From the NCBI GenBank assembly GCA_946186495.1, contig CAMHNQ010000004.1:12739-76738 (forward strand): DNA of 64,000 bases. The letters run 5' to 3'. The DNA is from an uncultured Bacteroidales bacterium (lineage in GTDB: Bacteria; Bacteroidota; Bacteroidia; Bacteroidales; WCHB1-69). This document shows, piece by piece, positions 29,454-38,100 of the stretch; positions within the stretch are counted from its first letter, which is position 1; each line of letters starts with the position of its first letter. A program made the translations under genes and the position numbers. The notes beneath the pieces were generated by a model, which worked only from the letters and a program-made list of their open reading frames with translations, was not told the DNA's origin and did no database searches.

Positions 29454-30407
29454 ATGTTAAACATTGAGAATTACACGATGAAAGACACCCGTTCGGGTTT
29501 TGGTGCTGGCCTGTTGGAGGCAGCTCAGCACAATGAGAACATATTTGCCTTGACCGCAGATGTCACGGGAAGCGTGAAGATGGGCGATTTCAAGGCCGCC
29601 TATCCGGAGCGTTTCGTTCAATGTGGCATCGCAGAGGCCAACATGATCGGCATTTCCGCAGGTCTGGCATTGAGCGGGAAAATCCCGTTCGCGGCCGGTT
29701 TCGCCGGCTTCGTCTCGGGGCGGGTCTATGACCAAATCCGCATGACTGTCGCCTATTCCAACCTGAACGTGAAGATCGGGGCCTCCCACTCAGGCATCAC
29801 GGTAGGTGAGGACGGCGCCACGCACCAGATGATGGAGGACCTCGGCCTGATGCGGATGCTCCCCAACATGGTGGTCATCAATCCGTGCGATTACAACCAG
29901 ACCAAGATGGCGACCATCGCCGCCGCAGAGTACAACGGGCCTGTTTACCTGCGTTTCGGCCGTCCTTCAGTGCCGAACTTCACCGAAGAGGGCAAGCCGT
30001 TTGTCATCGGCAAGGCAGAACTGATGCGCGAAGGCAATGACGTGACCATCTTCGCGACCGGACACCTGGTGTTTCCCGCCCTGCAAGCCGCCGCTGCACT
30101 AAGCGAACAAGGGGTCAGCGCAGAGGTGATCAACATCGCCACCATCAAGCCTTTGGACACCGAAGCCATCGTGAACAGCATACGGAAGACCGGTTGTGCC
30201 GTCACCGCAGAAGAGCACTTCCTCAACGGCGGCATGGGCGACGCCGTATGCCAGTGCCTCAGCCGGAACCTTCCCGCTCCCGTGGAGATGATCGGCGTTG
30301 ACGACCACTTTGGCGAAAGCGGCACCCCCGACCAACTGATGACCCATTTCGGGCTTGACAAAGAGCACATCATGGAGGCTTGCAAAAAGGCCATGAGCCG
30401 GAAATAA
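29454..30407 (+). CDS. Transketolase C-terminal (pyrimidine-binding) subunit
   Basis: TR..FG..L.....N..IFALTADV..S......F...P.RF...GIAE.NM.G...GLAL.GK.PF is the split-transketolase B-subunit pattern. The true start may be 29478 (MKDTRSGFG). Confidence 0.85.
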   Translation: MLNIENYTMKDTRSGFGAGLLEAAQHNENIFALTADVTGSVKMGDFKAAYPERFVQCGIAEANMIGISAGLALSGKIPFAAGFAGFVSGRVYDQIRMTVAYSNLNVKIGASHSGITVGEDGATHQMMEDLGLMRMLPNMVVINPCDYNQTKMATIAAAEYNGPVYLRFGRPSVPNFTEEGKPFVIGKAELMREGNDVTIFATGHLVFPALQAAAALSEQGVSAEVINIATIKPLDTEAIVNSIRKTGCAVTAEEHFLNGGMGDAVCQCLSRNLPAPVEMIGVDDHFGESGTPDQLMTHFGLDKEHIMEACKKAMSRK

Positions 30408-30422
30408 CCGAATACCAGCAGA

Positions 30423-30980
30423 ATGCCCGAGATTACCGACGAATTCATCCTATCTCTCTTCAACAATCCCGAAACGAAGGAGAAAGCTTTCGAGATGTTG
30501 CTGAAGAAATACCAAAAGCACATCTACTACAGTGCCCGCCGCATCACCACGGTTCACGAGGACGCCGATGATGTAACCCAGAACGTATGCATCAAAATCT
30601 GGAGAAACCTGGACAAATTCCGGAACGATTCGAGTTTGAAAACCTGGATATCGAGAATATGCATCAACGAAGCGCTGACATACATCGAGAAGAAGAAACG
30701 CTTCCCGAACCTGACCGAGGACAACTACACCGACTTCATGGCGGTAAGCCAAGCGGACACCAGCACCCTGACGCCCTCGCAGATAGAGCGATTCCTTCAG
30801 GAGGAGATTGAGAAGCTGCCGCCCAAGCAACGGGCGGTATTCACCATGCGGTACTACGACGAGACCCCCTATGCCGAAATGTCCAAGATTTTCGATACCT
30901 CGGAGAGTGCGCTCAAGGCATCGTATCACTTCGCGGCCGAAAAAATCAAAAAAAATATTTCCGAACGTTTAACCTTTTAG
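30423..30980 (+). CDS. ECF-type RNA polymerase sigma-70 family factor
   Basis: Region 2 (DADDVTQNVCIKIWRNLDKFR....LKTWISRICINEAL) and region 4 (LPPKQRAVFTMRYYDETPYAEMSKIFDTSESALKASYHFA). Confidence 0.9.
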   Translation: MPEITDEFILSLFNNPETKEKAFEMLLKKYQKHIYYSARRITTVHEDADDVTQNVCIKIWRNLDKFRNDSSLKTWISRICINEALTYIEKKKRFPNLTEDNYTDFMAVSQADTSTLTPSQIERFLQEEIEKLPPKQRAVFTMRYYDETPYAEMSKIFDTSESALKASYHFAAEKIKKNISERLTF

Positions 30981-31019
30981 GGATACATCAGTCATAGGTT
31001 TGTATTTTTCAAAGACATT

Positions 31020-31349
31020 ATGATTGATTTAGAGCAAATAGAGAAGACGGAACATTACGAGATTCCCGAGAATTACTTTGAGGAGCTACCCGGAAGGGTC
31101 ATGCAGAACATCAAGCGAGAGCAGAACAGAAGGAGGAACATCCTGTCTGGCTCCATCGCGGCAGTTGCGGTCATCGCCATAGCTGCCGGAATCTTCCTCA
31201 CCTACAACACGGACAGAGACAGCGCCGGCACTGCGAAAGCCGCGACGCCTTCCCCCGCAACCGAAGAGGAAATCCTGGAATCTCTCGCCACCGACTACTA
31301 CAGCGAAGAACTGGCTCTGATGGATTATTACCAATATGTGGAATACTAA
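31020..31349 (+). CDS. Single-pass membrane protein, candidate anti-sigma factor
   Basis: It sits immediately after the ECF sigma gene and has one TM helix (ILSGSIAAVAVIAIAAGIFL). No conserved zinc-binding anti-sigma motif was seen. Confidence 0.4.
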   Translation: MIDLEQIEKTEHYEIPENYFEELPGRVMQNIKREQNRRRNILSGSIAAVAVIAIAAGIFLTYNTDRDSAGTAKAATPSPATEEEILESLATDYYSEELALMDYYQYVEY

Positions 31350-31366
31350 ACCTAAATCTTGATATC

Positions 31367-31873
31367 ATGAAAAAATTGTGGATCACATTAATCATCGTGA
31401 CGGCAAGCGCGACAACGGTGCTGTTTGCCCAAGAAAAATCCCCCAAGGCGATGATTCAGGACCGCATCGAGTACATGAAGAAACACTTGGTGCTTACCGG
31501 GGCGGAAAACCAGAATTTCTGGAAAGTGTACGAAGAATACCTGGCGGCCGAAATGAAGACGATGGATACCTACCGCAAGAATCTGGAGCGGCAGGGCATC
31601 AAGTTGGGCAGCCCGGGAACCAATAAGGAACTCATCGAGAAGATGAGCGACAAACAGGTCACCTACATGCAGGACCAGAAGTTCGAGCTGCGCAAGAACT
31701 TGCTGAACCTGGAGGCCACCTATCACAAAAAGTTCAAGACGTTCATGACCCCCCATCACCTCCAAGAGCTGTACAATCTCGATCACAAATACAAAAGAGA
31801 GCTGACAGCCAAGAAGAAGGAAGCGAAGAAAGAGCCTATCGGGCCCGTCAACGGAGGAAAGAAAAAACGTTAG
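31367..31873 (+). CDS. Secreted Lys-rich alpha-helical protein (Spy/CpxP-like?), function unknown
   Basis: Signal peptide MKKLWITLIIVTASATTVLFAQ. It is the third gene of the ECF module. The family assignment is uncertain. Confidence 0.4.
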   Translation: MKKLWITLIIVTASATTVLFAQEKSPKAMIQDRIEYMKKHLVLTGAENQNFWKVYEEYLAAEMKTMDTYRKNLERQGIKLGSPGTNKELIEKMSDKQVTYMQDQKFELRKNLLNLEATYHKKFKTFMTPHHLQELYNLDHKYKRELTAKKKEAKKEPIGPVNGGKKKR

Positions 31874-31879
31874 CCAAAG

Positions 31880-31901
31880 AGTGCCGAAAGGCACTTTTTT
31901 T
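31880..31901 (+). terminator. Rho-independent terminator (AGTGCC-GAAA-GGCACT + T7)
   Basis: A 6-bp GC-rich stem with a GNRA loop and a T-run directly after the stop at 31873. Confidence 0.7.
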
Positions 31902-31902
31902 G

Positions 31903-31910
31903 TATTTTTG
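31903..31910 (+). promoter_or_regulatory. -7 promoter motif TATTTTTG for crt-hbd
   Basis: Exact TAnnTTTG, 21 nt upstream of the ATG at 31931. Confidence 0.45.
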
Positions 31911-31930
31911 CCCCACAAAAATCAGATACA

Positions 31931-32710
31931 ATGAAAGGATACAACTATTTGAAAATAAACGTTTGCGATTCGGTCTGCACTTTGACGATATCCGCGCCGA
32001 AGTCACTCAATGCCCTCAACTCCAACATATTGAAGGAGATGGACGATTTTCTCACGAATCTGGACGAGGGCGTCCGCGCGCTCATCATCACGGGCGACGG
32101 GGAGAAGTCGTTTGTGGCCGGGGCGGACATTTCAGAGATGCAATCCCTCAATGCCGAGGAGGGAGAGCGCTTCGGGGCTTTCGGGGCGAGGGTGTTCCGC
32201 AAGATCGAAGTTCTGCCCATCCCGGTGATTGCGGCCGTCAACGGCTTCGCTCTCGGCGGCGGCTGCGAACTTGCCTTGGCCTGCGACATCCGCATCGCCT
32301 CCACGAACGCGAAATTCGGCCAGCCGGAAGTGGGGCTCGGCATCATCCCCGGCTTCTCCGGCACATACCGGCTCACCAAGATTGTCGGCATGGGCTACGC
32401 CAAAGAGATGATCTACACAGGGCGCGCCATCAAGGCGGACGAAGCCCTGCGCATCGGCCTCGTCAACGCCGTCTATGAGCCGGAAAGACTGATGGACAAG
32501 GCTGCCGAGCTGGCTTTGCGTATCCTCAGGAACGCCCCGATCGCGGTCCGCTACGCCAAAGAGTGCATCAACGAAGAGTACGACCTGCCTGCCGAGGAGG
32601 CCATCGCTTTCGAAAGCCGCATGTTCGGCAAATGTTTCGACACCAAGGACCAGAAGGCCGGCATGACCGCCTTCCTCACCAAGCAGGAGGCGCATTTCAC
32701 CAACGAATAA
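31931..32710 (+). CDS. crt: Short-chain enoyl-CoA hydratase (crotonase)
   Basis: FVAGADISEM, AAVNGFALGGGCELALACDIRIAS and GQPEVGLGIIPG are crotonase-fold motifs. Confidence 0.9.
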   Translation: MKGYNYLKINVCDSVCTLTISAPKSLNALNSNILKEMDDFLTNLDEGVRALIITGDGEKSFVAGADISEMQSLNAEEGERFGAFGARVFRKIEVLPIPVIAAVNGFALGGGCELALACDIRIASTNAKFGQPEVGLGIIPGFSGTYRLTKIVGMGYAKEMIYTGRAIKADEALRIGLVNAVYEPERLMDKAAELALRILRNAPIAVRYAKECINEEYDLPAEEAIAFESRMFGKCFDTKDQKAGMTAFLTKQEAHFTNE

Positions 32711-32743
32711 TCACTTATCATCCATAATAAAATCATTCCAATT

Positions 32744-33580
32744 ATGAAAATTTGCGTTATAGGAACCGGAACCATGGCCAAGGGCATCGTGAAGGCATTC
32801 GCCGCCAAAATGCCCGTAGTCATGAAGAGCAGAACCCAAGCCAGCCTCGACAAGGCGATGGGTTCCATTTCAAAATCGTATGCCAAGCTCGTTGAAAAAG
32901 GCAAAATCACGGAGGAGGCCATGAACACCATCCTCGGAAACATCACCACCACCACTGACTACGCCACGTTTGCTGACGCCGACCTCGTGATAGAGGCCGC
33001 AGTGGAGGAAATGCAACTCAAGAAAGACGTATTCATGGAACTGGACAAGATCTGCAAGCCGGAGACGATCTTCGCCACCAACTCTTCGTCATTGTCCATC
33101 ACGGAGATTGCAGCCAGCACGAGCCGCCCCGCGCAGTTCATCGGTTGCCACTTCTTCAACCCGGCCGACCGCATGGCGTTGGTGGAGGTGATCAAGGGGC
33201 AGCTCACTTCGGACGAGACCGCCAAGTGCATCGTCGACCTGACCACCGCAATCGGCAAGACCCCCGTTCCCGTGAACGAGGCTCCCGGTTTCGTGGTGAA
33301 CCGCATCCTCATCCCGATGATCAACGAGGCCGTGGGAATCCTGGCCGACGGCATCGCCTCGGCAGAGGACATTGACAAGTGCATGATGCTCGGAGCAAAC
33401 CACCCCATGGGCCCGCTCGCCCTGGCCGACCTCATCGGCAACGATGTCAACCTCGCAATCATGGAGGTGCTCTACAAGGAGTTCGGAGACCCGAAATACC
33501 GCCCTCACCCGCTTCTCAGGAAGATGGTCCGCGCCGGATTGCTCGGCCGAAAGACCGGCGAAGGGTTCTACAAGTACTAA
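32744..33580 (+). CDS. hbd: 3-hydroxybutyryl-CoA dehydrogenase
   Basis: IGTGTMAKG Rossmann motif, [15 protein letters not shown] and PGFVVNRIL. Confidence 0.9.
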   Translation: MKICVIGTGTMAKGIVKAFAAKMPVVMKSRTQASLDKAMGSISKSYAKLVEKGKITEEAMNTILGNITTTTDYATFADADLVIEAAVEEMQLKKDVFMELDKICKPETIFATNSSSLSITEIAASTSRPAQFIGCHFFNPADRMALVEVIKGQLTSDETAKCIVDLTTAIGKTPVPVNEAPGFVVNRILIPMINEAVGILADGIASAEDIDKCMMLGANHPMGPLALADLIGNDVNLAIMEVLYKEFGDPKYRPHPLLRKMVRAGLLGRKTGEGFYKY

Positions 33581-33589
33581 CCTACAAAA

Positions 33590-33618
33590 AGCGTGCCATG
33601 GAGGCACGCTTTTTTTTC
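33590..33618 (+). terminator. Rho-independent terminator (AGCGTGCC-ATGGA-GGCACGCT + T8)
   Basis: An 8-bp perfect stem and a T-run 10 nt after the hbd stop. Confidence 0.75.
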
Positions 33619-33673
33619 TGACACTGTCCGGCCCGAGGCTTCTTACGGTAGCGGAACATATTTAAAATTTGTG

Positions 33674-33681
33674 TACCTTTG
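33674..33681 (+). promoter_or_regulatory. -7 promoter motif TACCTTTG for the aminotransferase gene
   Basis: Matches TAnnTTTG, 52 nt upstream of the ATG at 33733. Confidence 0.4.
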
Positions 33682-33732
33682 CCGAAAAATCCGGAACGTA
33701 CAAGTATAAATATAAATATCTTAATTTCAATT

Positions 33733-35049
33733 ATGAAGAATACACCAATACCCGCAGAAATTGTAGATCAAATCGTCGCAAAGAGCGGCATCAGCAGCGT
33801 GGGCAAGGCTTCCATCCGCGAGGTGAAGCGCCTGATAAACGACATCGAACAGGCCTCCGGCAAGGAATTTGTCCGCATGGAGATGGGCATCCCCGGGTTG
33901 CCTCCGTGCCACGTGGGCGTGGAAGCACAGATCGAGGCTCTCAAGAAGGGAGTCGCCGCCATTTACCCGGACATTGAGGGTATTCCGGAACTCAAAAAGG
34001 AGGCCGCCCGCTTCGTAAAGAACTTCATCGACTTGGAAGTGGACCCCGAGAATTGCATCCCGACCGTCGGTTCGATGATGGGCGGCATGGCCGGATTCAT
34101 GACCTTCGTGCGCTGCCGCAAGGAACGTGACACCACCCTCTTCATCGACCCTGGCTTCCCCGTCCAGAAGCAGCAGCACCGCGTCATGGGCCTCAAATAC
34201 GAGACCTTCGACGTCTACGAGCACCGTGGAGCCAAACTGAGGGCCAAGCTGGAGAGCTACCTCGAGAAAGGCAACATCCACACCATCATGTACTCCAACC
34301 CCAACAACCCGTCGTGGATCTGCTTCACCGAGGAGGAACTGCAGATCATCGGCGACATGGCCAACAAATACGATGTCTTCGTCTTCGAGGACCTCGCCTA
34401 CTTCGGCATGGACTTCCGCCAGAACATCTCCGCACCGGGCATCCCGCCCTACCAGCCGAGCGTCGGCAAATACACCGACAACTACGCCCTGCTGATCTCC
34501 GGCTCGAAAGCCTTCAGCTACGCAGGCGAGCGCATCGCCCTGATGGTCATGTCCAAGAAGCTCTACAACCGCGAGTTCGACGACCTGGAGCCCTACTTCA
34601 AGATGAAGAAGCTCGGCCGCGCCATCATCTACGGCACCGTTTACGCCATCAGCTCCGGCGTCGCCCATTCGGCGCAATATGCCATGGCCGCCATCCTCAA
34701 GGCCTGCAACGACGGTACCTACAACTACATCGAGGACGTGAAAGAGTACGGCGAGAAAGCCGCCATCATGAAGAAGATGTTCACCGACAACGGCTTCGAG
34801 ATCGTCTATGACAAAGACGGCGACAAGCCCTTGGCCGACGGGTTCTACTTCACCGTGGCCTACCCGGGCATGAGCAGCGACGAACTGCTGCACGAGTTCC
34901 TCTACTACGGTGTGAGCGCCATCTCGCTGAGCACCTGCGGCAGCGACCGCACCGAAGGACTCCGCGCCTGCGTCTCCCTCACCCCGCGCCGCCAGTTCCC
35001 GATCCTGGAAGAACGCCTGAGACTCTTCCATGAAAACCACAAAGCTTAA
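33733..35049 (+). CDS. PLP-dependent aminotransferase, class I/II
   Basis: SGSKAFSYAGERIA (PLP-Lys motif) and NPNNPS. The start was moved to MKNTPIPAEIV, downstream of the promoter motif. Confidence 0.8.
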   Translation: MKNTPIPAEIVDQIVAKSGISSVGKASIREVKRLINDIEQASGKEFVRMEMGIPGLPPCHVGVEAQIEALKKGVAAIYPDIEGIPELKKEAARFVKNFIDLEVDPENCIPTVGSMMGGMAGFMTFVRCRKERDTTLFIDPGFPVQKQQHRVMGLKYETFDVYEHRGAKLRAKLESYLEKGNIHTIMYSNPNNPSWICFTEEELQIIGDMANKYDVFVFEDLAYFGMDFRQNISAPGIPPYQPSVGKYTDNYALLISGSKAFSYAGERIALMVMSKKLYNREFDDLEPYFKMKKLGRAIIYGTVYAISSGVAHSAQYAMAAILKACNDGTYNYIEDVKEYGEKAAIMKKMFTDNGFEIVYDKDGDKPLADGFYFTVAYPGMSSDELLHEFLYYGVSAISLSTCGSDRTEGLRACVSLTPRRQFPILEERLRLFHENHKA

Positions 35050-35075
35050 TCGGGCAGTAGCCGACGACAAAAAAG

Positions 35076-35114
35076 CAGGGGGACGTTTCCGGAAAGCACG
35101 GAAACGTCCCCCTG
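35076..35114. terminator. Bidirectional terminator between convergent genes (16-bp perfect stem CAGGGGGACGTTTCCG / CGGAAACGTCCCCCTG)
   Basis: A perfect hairpin flanked by an A-run upstream and TTTC downstream. It lies between the stops at 35049 (+) and 35134 (-). Confidence 0.75.
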
Positions 35115-35133
35115 TTTCATACCAAGCCCACAC

Positions 35134-38100
35134 TTACCGGACCTTCACCCGCACACCTGCCGAGTGCGACTGGAACTCCGGCGCGTACATGCACTCGATG
35201 TGCGTGATGCCGTTGCTGAAGTCGCCCGACTGCGTGGCGAAGAGGGTGTATTCGAAGACATACTTGCCCTTCGGCAGCCAGTCGATGAAGAAGTGCGTGG
35301 CCGCGTCCTTCGTGGCCTCATAATACCACAGTCCATCCTGGTACTTGTACTGCGAGAAGACGTTGACTGGCTCGAAAGTGGCGGCCCGCATGTCCTTGAG
35401 GTGCACAAACTCCATGTCGCGGTCGGCGGTGATGACCACCCGTACGCGCACCTTGTCGCCCTTCTGCAACGGTTGCTCCGCCGTGATGGCCTTCAGCACC
35501 TCGCCATCGCCGCTGTTCTCCACCCTGTAGAGCTGCTTCTCGATGACCAAGTTCTTGTCGTCGCTGCGGGTAATCTTGTCGAGGTTCTCGAAATACTGCC
35601 AGTAGAGGCCGCCCCATGCAGGGCCGTCGGTACCTTTCTCGATGAGCACATTGGCTTTGTCGGCGGTGATTTCCTCACCCTTCCAGGACTTCTTGAAGTA
35701 GCCGGTGCCCGCCTCCGTCTGCACGGTCTCGTCGGGCAGGCGCACGTTTCCGACCGTCACCGCCACGGTCTTGTCTTCCGCCACTAACGTCTTGTCTAAC
35801 AGCAGCGCATAGACGGCCTCGGTGGTCGATTTGGTGGTGCCCCAGTGCTGGGTCTGCTTCTGCTTGAGGAGCCACAACTGCATCTGCGCCAGCGATTCCG
35901 CGTCTTCGGGCGTAATCGTGTGGAACGCTTCAATCAGCATCGACTGCCGCTCCACGGGCTGCTCATACCAGAACCATCCCCCACCCTGCTTCTTCCAGAA
36001 CATGCCCATCTCCTCGCTGTGCTGGGCCATGCCCTTGAGGTGGGCCACAATCTGTTTCGCCACCTTCTGGTCGCCGTTGCGCCAGGCGGTGAGCGCAATC
36101 ATCGCCTGCGTGTAAAAAGACTTTGATTTCCAGTCGTTTAACAGCACTTTATAGCAAGTGTCGTAGGCGGCTTTATGCCGGGCGGAAACGTTGTCTTTGT
36201 AGAAGCTGCGGGCGTAGAGGTAGTGCGTCTCGTCGATATAGTCGTAGTGGTACTTCTTGCGGTCGAGGTAGCGCTTGTACATCTGTTCATCCATGTAGGA
36301 GACGGCGTTGCGGAGCGTGCTGTTGGCCACGTCGGTACTGACACCGAGGGCTTTGAGGTGGCCGAAGCCCGCCACGATGTGCCGTGTGATGAAGTCGCTG
36401 CTCTTGCCGCCGGAGAACCAGGGCCAGCCGCCGTCGCCGTTCTGCCCCTTCTGCAGTCTCCTGAGCGTGGCAGCCTCCTCCTTGGCCATCCGCCGGAAGT
36501 CGAACATCGCGGCCAGGGCCTGCTTGTTGGCCCCCTCGCGCTGCGCGTCGAGCACCCACGGGGTCTCCTCCAGCACTACCTGCTTCAACTCCTGGTTCTT
36601 CTCCAAGGCCGAGCAGAAAGCGTCGGGCGACTCCGTCTGCCAGCGGTTGAAAACCTCCTCGATGACGGGATTGGCCTTCAGGATGTGCGTGGCGAGGGCG
36701 TTGGCATAGTAGCGGCTGAAACGCTGCTCGTTGCATTCGTGCGGATATTCCATCATGTAGGGCATCGCCTGGATGGCGTACCACACGGGGTTGGGCGTAC
36801 ACTCCACGGTCAGACGGTAATTCCTCATTGTCGGGACGCGATTCATCGCGTCCGTACAATCCTGCATTTTTTTGAATACGAATGTTTTCGAGCCTTTCCC
36901 CGAAATGTAGAACGGCATCGTCTCGGTCACCATCATGCGGTTGGTGAGCACGGGCAGGGTCTTCTCCTCGCCGTCGCCGGCCACCTCCTGCGGGTCGGTG
37001 TTGTGGGCGACGATGCGGTAGGTGACGGCGGGCACATCAGCGGGCACGACGATGCGGAAACGGATTTCCGAGGATGCGTTGGCGGGGATGTCGTATTGTT
37101 GGGACCCGTCTGTACGGACGCGATTCATCGCGTCCGCCATATCGCAAATCATGGCCACCGGTTGGTTGTTCGCCGCGTTGAACATCTGCAGCGTCACATA
37201 CCCGCAAATGTGCCGATGGGTGGTGTTCACCACCTTGGCGGAGAAATCCATGGTGTCGCCCTCGCGCAGGAAGCGCGGCGCGTTCGGCACGACCATCACG
37301 TCCTTGGCCGTCTGCACGAACTTCTCGAAACGGCCGGTCATCAAGGCTGGGTTGTGGGCCACACCCTGCATCTTCCATTTGGTGAGGGCATCGGGCATGG
37401 TGAAGCTGAGGAAGACGGTGCCATCGGGATCGGTGCGCAGCTGCGGATAAAAGAAGGCGGTTTCGTTGAAGTTGGTGCGGAGCTGCGGCTCAGAAGGAGC
37501 GCTTCCCGGTTTTGCAGCCTCCTTTTGCGAAGCAACCCGCATCATTGACGCATTCGTAAACGCCAATGGCGGTTCCTCATACATAACCTCATCTTCCATA
37601 AACTCCATGTCCGTATTGACCGAAATATTATCCTCCACGACATTGAGGACAACTTCCCCCTTTGCCATATATCGCCCCATACGCAGCCCTCCACAATAGA
37701 AACTCTTCAAAACCAAGGGTTGTGAAGAGAACGCCGGGGAATGGAATCCGAACGTGTTGAAATGATCTTTTTTCCAGAGAGAGGACCCCGTGTCGAGACT
37801 GCGGCCAAAACGGAGCGTGAGGAAACGGTATTGGTAATCGTATTGCAACTGCATGAAGTTCTGTCCGCCCAGCACGTCCAACGAATAGTCGTACATCGAG
37901 CAGAGCAGCTCGGCAGACACCGGCCTGCCCTCCTTGTCGGTCAGGCGCACCTGCAACTCCTCCTGGCTTCCGGGCAGGGTTTTGTCACGAAAACGCAGGA
38001 ACTCGAACCGGATGTCCCGCGAACGGTTGACAATCCGCACGTCTGGCGAAATCTCGTAGGTGTTGCCGTCAGCCTGCATGAACAGATGCACGTGCAACGT

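Noticed and set aside
33727-35133. 468-aa minus-strand ORF antisense to the aminotransferase gene. The same applies to 8137-9453(-), 36175-37548(+), 37741-38988(+), 40105-41097(+), 59306-60532(-), 41622-42578(-), 7390-8127(-), 4033-4911(-) and 55047-55778(-).
   Set aside because: They are antisense to genes with clear family motifs. Their translations are low-complexity and rich in G/A/V/R/H/D, as expected from stop-poor antisense frames of GC-rich coding DNA. No motifs were recognised.
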